Part shown: piece by piece, positions 16,736 through 25,522 of the stretch
Numbering within the stretch: the stretch's first letter is position 1
How the letters are laid out: every line of letters begins with the position of its first letter
Assembly (NCBI GenBank): GCA_963707915.1
Contig: OY970178.1
Location: forward strand, 1,728,001-1,792,000
From: Candidatus Eiseniibacteriota bacterium
GTDB taxonomy: Bacteria; Eisenbacteria; RBG-16-71-46
Direction: 5' to 3'
Length of the DNA stretch: 64,000 nucleotides
Notes under the pieces: model-generated
The model's database searches: none
Seen by the model: only the letters and a program-made list of their open reading frames with translations
Told to the model about the DNA's origin: nothing
Program-made: the position numbers and the translations under genes

Positions 16736-17989
16736 ATGCATCCTTCTTCCACGACCACCCGCCGTGACTTCCTGCTGAGGACCTGCGCGGCCTGCGGGGC
16801 CCTGATGGCAGGGAGCCCATGGCTCCCCGTGTCCCCGGAACGGTTCCCGCTCTCGCCCCGGCCGGCCTTCGCCGCGGGCGACCCGCTCGCCGGGCTCCTG
16901 CGCACCGCGCCGCGGGCGCGCTACTGGGCGTCGACCGCGCCCGCGGGCGGCAGCGACTGCGCCGCCTGTCACCCGGCGGGCTCGCTCCGCGCCGGCGCGA
17001 AGCCCGCGCACCGGCGCACGCTCGTCCGCTGCCTGCTCTGCGCGCGCGGCTGCACGCTGGCCGAGGGCGAGCGCGGCATGTGCCGCGCGCGCATCCACGT
17101 GAACGGCGAGCTGCGCAGCCTGGTCTACGGGCGGCCCATGGCCATCCACGTGGACCCGATCGAGAAGAAGCCGTTCTTCCACTTCCTGCCGGGCGCCGCG
17201 GCGTACTCGCTGGCGACCAGCGGCTGCCCGCTGCGCTGCAAGTTCTGCCAGAACTGGGAGATCTCGCAGGCCCGCCCCGAGGACTACGCCCAGGCACCGC
17301 TGCCCGCGGCGAACCTCGCGCGCGCCGCGGTCGACCGGGGAGCGCGGGTCATCGCCTTCACCTACAACGAGCCGACGGTCTTCACCGAGTACCTGACCGA
17401 CGTCGCGCGGGCCGGCCGGCCGCTCGGCCGTCGCGCGGTGCTGGTCTCGTGCGGCTACATGAACGAGGCGCCGCTGGCCGAGATGTGCGGGGTGCTCGAT
17501 GCCGTCAAGGTGGATCTCAAGGGGTTCAGCGAGGACTTCTACCGTGACGTGTGCGGGGCGGAGCTGAAGCCGGTGCTGCGCAGCATCCGGCAGGTGGCGA
17601 AGAGCGGCGTTCACCTCGAGATCGTGAACCTCGTGGTGCCCACGCTCAACGACTCGCCGCGGATGCTGAGCGAGCTGGCGAAGTGGGTCGTGGGCGAGGT
17701 CGGGCCCGACGTGCCGGTCCACTTCACGCGCTTCCACCCCGACTACCAGTTGACCCACCTCCCCGACACGCCGGTGGCCACGCTCGAGCGCGCGCGGGAG
17801 ACCGGCCTGCAACAGGGCCTGCGCTTCGCGTACGTCGGCAACGTGCCGGGGCACCCGGGGAACCACACCTACTGTCCGAAGTGCGGCCGGGCGGTGATCG
17901 AGCGCGACGGGCTGTTCGTGACCGGGATGCACTTGAAGGACGGGCACTGCGAGTACTGCGGCCGCGCCATCCCGGGCGTGTGGAGCTGA
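16736..17989 (+). CDS. amrS: AmmeMemoRadiSam system radical SAM enzyme with a Tat-like N-terminus
   Basis: CLLCARGC...GMCRAR, DPIEKKPFFHF, GCPLRCKFCQNWEISQ (CxxxCxxC), FTYNEP, HFTRFHPDY, YVGNVPG, TYCPKC, CEYCG. N-terminal TRRDFL. Confidence 0.92.
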   Translation: MHPSSTTTRRDFLLRTCAACGALMAGSPWLPVSPERFPLSPRPAFAAGDPLAGLLRTAPRARYWASTAPAGGSDCAACHPAGSLRAGAKPAHRRTLVRCLLCARGCTLAEGERGMCRARIHVNGELRSLVYGRPMAIHVDPIEKKPFFHFLPGAAAYSLATSGCPLRCKFCQNWEISQARPEDYAQAPLPAANLARAAVDRGARVIAFTYNEPTVFTEYLTDVARAGRPLGRRAVLVSCGYMNEAPLAEMCGVLDAVKVDLKGFSEDFYRDVCGAELKPVLRSIRQVAKSGVHLEIVNLVVPTLNDSPRMLSELAKWVVGEVGPDVPVHFTRFHPDYQLTHLPDTPVATLERARETGLQQGLRFAYVGNVPGHPGNHTYCPKCGRAVIERDGLFVTGMHLKDGHCEYCGRAIPGVWS

Positions 17990-17993
17990 CGCG

Positions 17994-18920
17994 ATGAGAC
18001 GAGCCGTGCGCCCGCCGGCGGTGGCGGGCGCGTTCTATCCACAGGAGCCGCGGCGCCTCGAAGCCGAGGTGAAGACGCTGCTCGACCAGGCGCGGCCACC
18101 GCGCGGCGGTCGCCCGATCGGGCTCGTGGTCCCGCACGCGGGCTTCGCCTACTCGGGACTGATCGCCGCCGACGCCTGGCGGCAGGCGCAGGGCCACCGC
18201 TACGACCTCGTGGTCCTGCTCGGGACCAACCACACCGCCGGCTTCTTCACCGGGATCTCGGTGTTCCTCGGCAGCGGCTGCCGCACGCCGCTGGACGTCG
18301 TGCAGGTGGACAGGCAGGCGGCGTCCAGCCTGCTCGCCGCCGACCACGACTGCTCCTCCGACCCGGCGCCGCACGAACGCGAGCACTCGATCGAGGTGCA
18401 GTTGCCGTTCGTGCAAACCGTGCTGCCCGGGGTGCCCATCCTGCCGGTGATCGTCAGCGACGAGGACCCTCACGTGTGCGCCCGCCTGGGCGTGGCGCTG
18501 GCGAACGTGCTCGCCGGACGCCGCGCCCTGATCGCCGCGAGCAGCGACCTCTCGCACTACCCGTCCTACGAGGATGCCGCCGCCGCGGATCGCGCGGTGC
18601 TGGCCGCGATGGCCCGGATGGACCCGGACGGCCTGCGCGCCACCATCGCCCGCGAGGAGGGCGCCGGGCGGCGCGGGCTCGACACCTGCGCCTGCGGGCT
18701 GGCGCCCGTGCTCGCGCTGCTGGCCGCCGCGCGGACGCTCGGCGCCACGCGCGGCACCGTGCTCTCGCACGCCAGCAGCGGCGACGCGCCGCCGGGCGAC
18801 CGCGCGCGCGTCGTGGGGTACGGTGCCGTGCTGTTCACCGCGGGCGAGCCCGGCGCCGACCTGGCGGAACTCGACGAGCCCGCCCACGTGCCGCGTCCCG
18901 CACCCCGGAGCCGACGATGA
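17994..18920 (+). CDS. amrB: AmmeMemoRadiSam system protein B (MEMO1 family)
   Basis: RPPAVAGAFYP, VPHAGFAYSG, GTNH, EHSIEVQLPF, SSDLSHY, CACG, VVGYGA. Confidence 0.9.
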   Translation: MRRAVRPPAVAGAFYPQEPRRLEAEVKTLLDQARPPRGGRPIGLVVPHAGFAYSGLIAADAWRQAQGHRYDLVVLLGTNHTAGFFTGISVFLGSGCRTPLDVVQVDRQAASSLLAADHDCSSDPAPHEREHSIEVQLPFVQTVLPGVPILPVIVSDEDPHVCARLGVALANVLAGRRALIAASSDLSHYPSYEDAAAADRAVLAAMARMDPDGLRATIAREEGAGRRGLDTCACGLAPVLALLAAARTLGATRGTVLSHASSGDAPPGDRARVVGYGAVLFTAGEPGADLAELDEPAHVPRPAPRSRR

Positions 18921-20494
18921 GCCCTTCGCCCTCCTGGCCCGCGCAGCGCCCTGGCGCGTGGTTCGCGCCGGCCGCCCTGTCCGCCGCGGCGCTCCTCTTC
19001 GGCAGCGCCACCTGCTCCTCCCCGGCGGTCACGACCGCGCCCGCGGCGGTCCGCCCGCCCGCCGTCGCCGGGCAGTTCTACCCGCGCGAGCCCGCCCGGC
19101 TCGAAGCCGCGGTGAAGGCGTTCCTCGCCGACGCAGTCCCGGCGCGGGGCGTACGACCCATCGCGCTGGTCCTGCCGCACGCGGGCTACGTCTACTCGGG
19201 ACAGATCGCGGCCGACGGCTGGCGCCAGGCGGCGGGCCAGGCCTACGACCTCGTGGTCATCCTCGGCACCAACCACACCACGCCGGGCTTCTCGGGCGTC
19301 TCGGTCTTCCCCGGCACGGGCTTCCGCACGCCGCTGGGGGTGGCCGCGGTGGACACGGCGGCCGCCGCTGCGCTGCTGGCCGCGGGCGGGGTCATCCGCC
19401 CCGACCTGCGCGTCCACGAGCGCGAACATTCGATCGAGGTGCAGGTGCCGTTCGCGCAGGTCGTGCTGCCGGGCGTGAGGATCCTGCCGGTGATCGTCGC
19501 GACCGAGGACCCGCTGGCCCTGGCGCGCTTCGTCCAGGCGCTGGCGCGGGTGCTCGCCGGGCGCCGGGCGCTGGTGGTGGCGAGCAGCGACCTTTCGCAC
19601 TACCCGGACTACGATGGCGGTGTCGCCGCGGACCGCGCCGTGCTCGCCGCCATCGCGCGGATGGACGCGGCCGGGCTGCAGCAGGTCGCGGCGGCCCAGT
19701 TGCGGGCCGGTCACCGCGGCCTCGAGACCTGTGCCTGCGGAGAGGGGGCGATCATGTCGGCGATGGAGACGGCCCGGGCGCTGGGCGCCCGGCGCGGCAT
19801 CGTGTTGTCGCGGGCGAACAGCGGCGACGTGCCGCTCGGCGATCCCGCGCGCGTCGTGGGCTACGGGGCGGTGATGTTCTGCGCGGACCGGGGCGAGGGC
19901 GACACCGCGGCGCTCGGCGGGCCGGCCGCGGCGCCGGACGACACGATACTCGGGCCCGCGGACCGGAAGGCGCTGCTCGGGCTGGCGCGCGCCACGCTGG
20001 AGCGCTGGTTCGCGACCGGCACGGTGCCGCTGCCCCGCGGCTTCTCCCCCGCCGCGCAGCGCCGGCTGGGCGTGTTCGTGACCCTCTACCAGCGCGGCGA
20101 GCTGCGCGGCTGCATCGGCCACATGGCCGAGGACCGGCCGCTGCCGCAGAACGTCGGGGCCATGGCGCTGGCGGCCGCGACCGAGGACCCGCGCTTCCCG
20201 CCGCTCGCTCCCGGCGAGCTCGCCGGCCTCGAGATCGAGATCTCGGTGCTCACCCCGCTGGAGCGCGTCGCCGGGCCCGGCGCGGTCGTCGTGGGCCGCG
20301 ATGGCGTGCAGATCCGCAAGGACGGCCGCACCGCGGTGTTCCTGCCCCAGGTGGCGACCGAGCAGGGCTGGGACCGGGACGCGCTGCTGGAGAACCTCTG
20401 CCTCAAGGCGGGGCTCCCGGGCGACGCGTGGAAGGACGGCGCCGAGCTCTGGACCTTCCGCAGCGTCCACTTCCGCGAGTCGCAGTCCCGGTGA
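18917..20494 (+). CDS. AmrB (MEMO1)-AmrA (AMMECR1) fusion with a possible lipoprotein-type signal
   Basis: ATGA overlap with the upstream gene. MEMO motifs followed by GVFVTL..GELRGCIG, DPRFPP, IEISVLTP, FLPQVA, LCLKAG. N-terminal hydrophobic stretch ending in SATC. Confidence 0.88.
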   Translation: MSPSPSWPAQRPGAWFAPAALSAAALLFGSATCSSPAVTTAPAAVRPPAVAGQFYPREPARLEAAVKAFLADAVPARGVRPIALVLPHAGYVYSGQIAADGWRQAAGQAYDLVVILGTNHTTPGFSGVSVFPGTGFRTPLGVAAVDTAAAAALLAAGGVIRPDLRVHEREHSIEVQVPFAQVVLPGVRILPVIVATEDPLALARFVQALARVLAGRRALVVASSDLSHYPDYDGGVAADRAVLAAIARMDAAGLQQVAAAQLRAGHRGLETCACGEGAIMSAMETARALGARRGIVLSRANSGDVPLGDPARVVGYGAVMFCADRGEGDTAALGGPAAAPDDTILGPADRKALLGLARATLERWFATGTVPLPRGFSPAAQRRLGVFVTLYQRGELRGCIGHMAEDRPLPQNVGAMALAAATEDPRFPPLAPGELAGLEIEISVLTPLERVAGPGAVVVGRDGVQIRKDGRTAVFLPQVATEQGWDRDALLENLCLKAGLPGDAWKDGAELWTFRSVHFRESQSR

Positions 20495-20534
20495 GGCGCG
20501 GTCGCGCGCCGCGACCGCGCGGTCCGGGACGCGG

Positions 20535-22712
20535 GTGCGCCGCTTGAGGCGCCAGCTCTTCGCCGTCGGCGCGATCGCGCTGCTCGCGCAGGTCGTGCTG
20601 CTGCGCGAGTGCGAGGTCGCGTTCTACGGCAGCGAGCTGGTGCTCGTGCTGGGGCTGGGCGCCTGGCTGCTGGGCGGCGCCGCCGGCGCGGCCGCGGGCC
20701 GGGGCGCGCGACCGCCCGGGGAGCGGGCGGTCCGGCGGCTCTTCGTCGCGCTCGGACTCCTGCTGCCGCTCGCGGTCGCGCTCGCGCGCGGCGTGCGCAT
20801 CCTCTTCGGCGGCGTACCCGGCGCCGACCTGCCGTTCGGCCGGCAGCTTCCCGCCCTCGCGCTCTGCCTGCTGCCGGTCTCGCTCCTGCTCGGCCTGATG
20901 TTCCAGTGGACCGCCCGGCGGTTCATCGCGACCGGCCGTTCGCCCGCGTCCGCCTATGCCATCGAGAGCGCGGGCGGACTGCTCGGCGGGCTGCTCGCCA
21001 CCCTGCTGCCCGCCGCGGGCCTGCAGAACTGGGACGTCGCGTTGCTGTGCGCGGTCGCCGCCCCGGTCGTGTCCTGGCCCCGTTCGAGCGCGGGCCGGGC
21101 ACCCGCCGGGCACCCTCCGATCGCGCGTCGCGCGGCGGCGGCGGCCGGCGCCGTTCTCGCGCTCGCCCTGCTCGGCACCGCGCCGGCTCTCGACCGGGCC
21201 ATGACGCGCTGGAACCACCCGGACCTGCTCGCCACGCGGGACACGCCCTACGGCCGTGTCACCGTGACCGGCGCCCTCGGCCAGGTCGCGGTGTTCGAGG
21301 ACGACGCGCTCGCCGGCGAGAGCCAGGGCACCGCGGCCGAGGAGTTCGTCCAGCTCGCCGCCATCCAGCGCGACTCGGTGGGCCGGGTGCTGGTCCTGGG
21401 CGGGGCCGTGCAGGGGCTGCTGCCCGAACTGTTGCGCCGCCACCCGGTGCGCGTGGACGACGTCGAACTGGACGCGAGGCTGCTGGCGCTGGTCGCCCCG
21501 CGGCTGCCGGAACCGCAGCGCCGCGCGCTCGCGGACCCGCGCGTCCACGTCACCATCGCCGACCCGCGCCGCTTCCTCGAGCGCGCGCGGACCTACGACC
21601 TCATCCTGTCCGGCCTGCCCGAGCCCGAGTCGGGGCGCGCGAACCGGGCCTACACGCGCGAGTTCTTCGCCGCCTGCGCCGCCCGCCTCGCCCCCGGCGG
21701 CGTGCTCGCCCTGCGCCTGCGGAGCGCCGAGAACCTCTGGACGCCGGCCCTCGCCCGGCGCACGGCCGGGGTGCATCGCGCGCTGCGCGAGGTCTTCCCC
21801 GCGACGATCGTGCTGCCCGGTTCCACGAACCTGCTGCTCGCCTCGCGCGCGCCGCTCGAGCGCGACCCCGCGGTGCTGGGCGGGCGCCTGCGCGCGAACG
21901 ACCCGGCCACCCGCCTCGTCACCCCGGCCTACGTGCGCTACCTCTACACCAACGACCGCTTCGCGGAGATCGCCCGCCGGCTGGCCGCGACGCCCGCGCC
22001 CGCCAACCGCGACGCGCGGCCCGCCTGCTACCAGGCCACGATGATGCTGTGGCTCGCGCGCTTCTACCCCGCGCTGGCGCGTTTCGAGCCGCCGGAGGCG
22101 GGCGTCCCGGCGCTCCTGCGCGCGCCGTGGTCGTGGACCGCGGCCGGCGTGCTCGGCCTGGCCTTCCTGCTGGCCCGCCGCCGCTCCGGACCGCGCCGCC
22201 TGCTGCTGGCCGCGGCCGCCGGCTGCGCCGGGATGCTGCTCGAATCGGCGCTCCTGCTCGACTACCAGACGCGCGCGGGAGTGCTCTACCAGGACCTCGG
22301 CGTGTTGCTCACGGCGTTCATGGGCGGGTTGGCACTGGGCGCCGGGGCGCTCGAACGCCTCGCGCGCAGGGCCGGGAACGGACGCCTCGCCGGCGCGCTC
22401 GGCGTCACGGCGCTCGCCGCGCTCGGCCTCGCGTGCGCGGCGGTCCTCCGTGCGGGCGGCGGAGGCGGACTCGCGGGCAGCGCGGCGCTGCTCGGCGCCT
22501 GCGGCTTCCTGGTCGCCGCCGCGGTCGCGTTCGCCCTGCTCCGCGGCGACGCGGACGGCGGTACGGTCATCGGGCCGGTCTATGCCGCGGACCTGCTCGG
22601 CGGTTGCGTCGGCTCGCTGGTCGCGGGCCTGCTCGCGATCCCGATGCTGGGCCTGCCGGCGACCGCGGCGCTGGCTGCCGGGCTCGCGCTGGCCGCGCTG
22701 CTCCTGGTCTGA
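20535..22712 (+). CDS. Polytopic membrane protein with a spermidine-synthase-like (SAM-fold) domain
   Basis: LLAQVVLLRE..FYGSEL, AYAIESAGGLLGG, DTPYGRV, VLVLGG, VELD, DPRRFL, YDLIL, YTREFF, LAPGG, YAADLLGG. The GTG start at 20535 is estimated. Confidence 0.8.
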   Translation: MRRLRRQLFAVGAIALLAQVVLLRECEVAFYGSELVLVLGLGAWLLGGAAGAAAGRGARPPGERAVRRLFVALGLLLPLAVALARGVRILFGGVPGADLPFGRQLPALALCLLPVSLLLGLMFQWTARRFIATGRSPASAYAIESAGGLLGGLLATLLPAAGLQNWDVALLCAVAAPVVSWPRSSAGRAPAGHPPIARRAAAAAGAVLALALLGTAPALDRAMTRWNHPDLLATRDTPYGRVTVTGALGQVAVFEDDALAGESQGTAAEEFVQLAAIQRDSVGRVLVLGGAVQGLLPELLRRHPVRVDDVELDARLLALVAPRLPEPQRRALADPRVHVTIADPRRFLERARTYDLILSGLPEPESGRANRAYTREFFAACAARLAPGGVLALRLRSAENLWTPALARRTAGVHRALREVFPATIVLPGSTNLLLASRAPLERDPAVLGGRLRANDPATRLVTPAYVRYLYTNDRFAEIARRLAATPAPANRDARPACYQATMMLWLARFYPALARFEPPEAGVPALLRAPWSWTAAGVLGLAFLLARRRSGPRRLLLAAAAGCAGMLLESALLLDYQTRAGVLYQDLGVLLTAFMGGLALGAGALERLARRAGNGRLAGALGVTALAALGLACAAVLRAGGGGGLAGSAALLGACGFLVAAAVAFALLRGDADGGTVIGPVYAADLLGGCVGSLVAGLLAIPMLGLPATAALAAGLALAALLLV

Positions 22713-22896
22713 GCCGCGCTCCGCCGCCCCCTCCCGACACGGCGACTCCTGCGGACCCGGCGACGGCGCCGCGCCCCCGCGGGTTGCCGGCCGACGGCGG
22801 GCGGATGCTATGCTGCGCGCGCCGGCGCGACGCCGCCGGCGCATCGTCACCGCGCACCCGTTCCCGGGATCCGACCCACGCTGCCTGGAGACCCTG

Positions 22897-24486
22897 ATGG
22901 CCGACGACGCCGCGAAGTTCCCCAACGTGTTCTGGAGCGCCAACGTCACCGAGTTGTTCGAGCGCGCCGCCTACTACTCGATGGCCAGCTTCCTGGTCAT
23001 CTACATGGGCCAGCTCGGGCTCGGGGCCTACTGGCCCTCCAACCTGAACAGCGTGCTGTGGACCATCGTCTACTTCCTGCCGATCCTCTCGGGCACCATC
23101 GCCGACCAGGTCGGCTTCCGCCGCTCGCTGCTGGTGGCCTTCGTGCTGCTCGCCGCCGGCTACCTGCTGATGGGCGCCCCGGTGTGGTTCGGCGGATTCC
23201 AGCTCTCGCCGGTGGTCCACAAGGAGTTCACCGCCTCGCCCGTCCTGGTCGCCACCCTGCTGGCCGCCATCGTGCTGATCGGCGTGGGCGGCTCGGTGAT
23301 CAAGCCGTGCATCTCGGGCACCATGCAGAAGACCGCCGGCGCGCGCGTCACCCTCGGCTTCGCCATCTTCTACATGATCATCAACATCGGCTCGCTGGTC
23401 GGGCGCGGCGTGGCGTTCGTGGTGCGCACCGGGTCGAGCCTGCCGACCATCCTGACCGTGGTCGCCATCTGCGCCGCGGCCGCCGGACTGATCATCTGGC
23501 TGGTCTACCGCTCGGTGGAGTCGCTGAAGTCGCAGGCGGCCCGGGCCGCCATGGCGTTGCCCTACGCCGCCCTGATCGTCGGTGGCGGGTTCGCCATCGC
23601 GTGGCTGCTGAAGCGCTCCGCGCCCGCGGTCCAGACCGGGGCCGGGCTCTCGTACATCTTCGCGGTCGCCGCCGCGGCGTCGGTCGTGGCCTTCCTGGTC
23701 GTGCTCCTCTTCTACCGCGAGCCCGCGGTCGCCGCCGGCACGCCCGCGAAGCCGCGCCGCTCGATGGGACGCATCCTGCTCGACATGGTGCTGGTGCTCC
23801 GCAACCCGCGCTTCGCCCTCTTCCTGGCGGTGATGAGCGGCTTCTGGTTCCTCTACAACCAGGTCTACAACGTGCTCCCGCTCTACGCGAAGCGCGTGGT
23901 CGAGGCCAGCCCGGCGATGGACCTCTACACCGCGGCGAACCCGTTCGTCATCGTCGCCTTCCAGCTGCTGATCACCGCGATGTTCGGGAAGATGCGCGCC
24001 GTGCGCTCGATGGTCATCGGCACGGTGATCATCGGCCTGTCGATGGCCATCAACCTGTTCCCGGTGTACTCGACCGGCGGCGTGCGCGCGCTGGCGGCCA
24101 TCGGCCTGCCGATCGGCTCGGTGTTCCTGATCCTGACGGTCGCGCTCATCGCCTTCGGCGAGCTGTTCACCTCGGCGCGCATGTACGAGTACATCGGCGC
24201 GCTCGCACCCAAGGGCCAGGAGGGCCTCTTCCTCGGCTACGCCAGCCTGCCGGTGGCGGTCGGCTCGCTGACCGGCGGCCCGGTGGGCGCCTTCATCTTC
24301 AACGAGGTGATGGCCAAGGACGCGGTCACGCGCCCCGACGGCCTGCTGGAGCTGAACCCCAACAGCAATGCGCTCGGCTGGATCATCCTGATGGCGATCG
24401 GGCTGCTGTCGGCGCTGGCGCTGTGGCTGTTCAACCGCTGGCTGGAGCGGCACCCCGAGCCCGCCGCATCCACGGCGCAGGCCTAG
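22897..24486 (+). CDS. MFS transporter, POT/peptide-transporter-like
   Basis: ELFERAAYY (POT ExxERF-like), GTIADQVGFRR, IKPCISG, FYMIINIGS, more than 12 hydrophobic segments. GGAG RBS. Confidence 0.85.
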   Translation: MADDAAKFPNVFWSANVTELFERAAYYSMASFLVIYMGQLGLGAYWPSNLNSVLWTIVYFLPILSGTIADQVGFRRSLLVAFVLLAAGYLLMGAPVWFGGFQLSPVVHKEFTASPVLVATLLAAIVLIGVGGSVIKPCISGTMQKTAGARVTLGFAIFYMIINIGSLVGRGVAFVVRTGSSLPTILTVVAICAAAAGLIIWLVYRSVESLKSQAARAAMALPYAALIVGGGFAIAWLLKRSAPAVQTGAGLSYIFAVAAAASVVAFLVVLLFYREPAVAAGTPAKPRRSMGRILLDMVLVLRNPRFALFLAVMSGFWFLYNQVYNVLPLYAKRVVEASPAMDLYTAANPFVIVAFQLLITAMFGKMRAVRSMVIGTVIIGLSMAINLFPVYSTGGVRALAAIGLPIGSVFLILTVALIAFGELFTSARMYEYIGALAPKGQEGLFLGYASLPVAVGSLTGGPVGAFIFNEVMAKDAVTRPDGLLELNPNSNALGWIILMAIGLLSALALWLFNRWLERHPEPAASTAQA

Positions 24487-24546
24487 GGACTTCAGCGGGG
24501 CGCCGCGGCACGCACGCCGCGGCGCCCCTAGACGTGGAGGCCGGGC

Positions 24547-25347
24547 CTACAGCTCGCCGCGGGCTCCCAGTCGCTCCGCCTTGCGCGAGGCGATGGCTTC
24601 CTTCGCCAGCGCCCTCAACTCCTGCTCGGCGCGCCGGGAGAGCCGCTCCATCCGGTCCCCGAGTTCCTCCATCCGCTCGCCGAGGTCTTCCATCCGCCCG
24701 GCCGCGGAGGACTCCAGCCGGCGGCCGGCCTCGTCCTGCCGGCGGGAGAGCTCGTCCATCTCGCGTTCGATCTCGGCGGCCCGGCGCTCGTGGTCCGCAT
24801 CCTCGTCGTGGATCTGCAGCAGGGCGAGCCGGGCCGCGAGCGCGCCCTGGCGGGCGCCGAGCCGACCCATCTCCCCACCGATGCGGCCCTGCCGGGCGCC
24901 GAGCTGCCCCATCTCCCCGCCGAGCCGCCCCATCTCCGTCCCGAGCCGACGCATCGGTTCGATGCACGCCCGCGCGCGGGCGAGCATCGAGCGGTCCCGG
25001 ACGACCCACTGCTCCCCATCCTGCGAGAACCAGAAGAAGCTGGCGTGGTCGCCCAGCAGCCCGATCAGGCCCGGGGTCTCCGGCCCGGAGGCTCCGACGG
25101 TGGAATGCGACGCCCCGTCATGGAGGCTCCAGCGGAAACCGTCGACGCTGCCGGAGCGATCGTGGGCGGTGACGACATCGTGCGCGTGGGCGGTGGGGCC
25201 GTGAGCGGCAGGCGCGACCACCCATGGCGCGCGCGCCGCCGGACCGGCGTGGGCGACCATGGGGACGGCGAGCAGCGTCAGTACCGCCAGGGCGGCCCGG
25301 GCGGCCGGCCGGCGGGGGTGGGCGCGGGGTTCGCGGGAAGTGCGCAT
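24547..25347 (-). CDS. Secreted coiled-coil protein with (M/Q)GxLGxx heptad repeats
   Basis: GGAGG RBS, signal peptide (..VPMVAHA), FFWFSQDGEQWVVRD, then heptads MGRLGGE/MGQLGAR/QGRIGGE/MGRLGAR. Resembles extracellular domains of BlaR1/M56-type proteins. Confidence 0.65.
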   Translation of the reverse strand: MRTSREPRAHPRRPAARAALAVLTLLAVPMVAHAGPAARAPWVVAPAAHGPTAHAHDVVTAHDRSGSVDGFRWSLHDGASHSTVGASGPETPGLIGLLGDHASFFWFSQDGEQWVVRDRSMLARARACIEPMRRLGTEMGRLGGEMGQLGARQGRIGGEMGRLGARQGALAARLALLQIHDEDADHERRAAEIEREMDELSRRQDEAGRRLESSAAGRMEDLGERMEELGDRMERLSRRAEQELRALAKEAIASRKAERLGARGEL

Positions 25348-25522
25348 GAGGTTCCTCCGGTGAAGCGCGTGCACGTGCGGACGCGACGGCCACCGACACG
25401 GGCTCGTCGGCCTGGGAGCTTCACCGGCTTGGACCGGCGAAAGGCCGGAAGGGTTGGAGGACGACGCGGGCCCCGGAGATCCCGCCTCCGGGGCCCGCGC
25501 CCATGATCGTCCGGTCGCCGCG

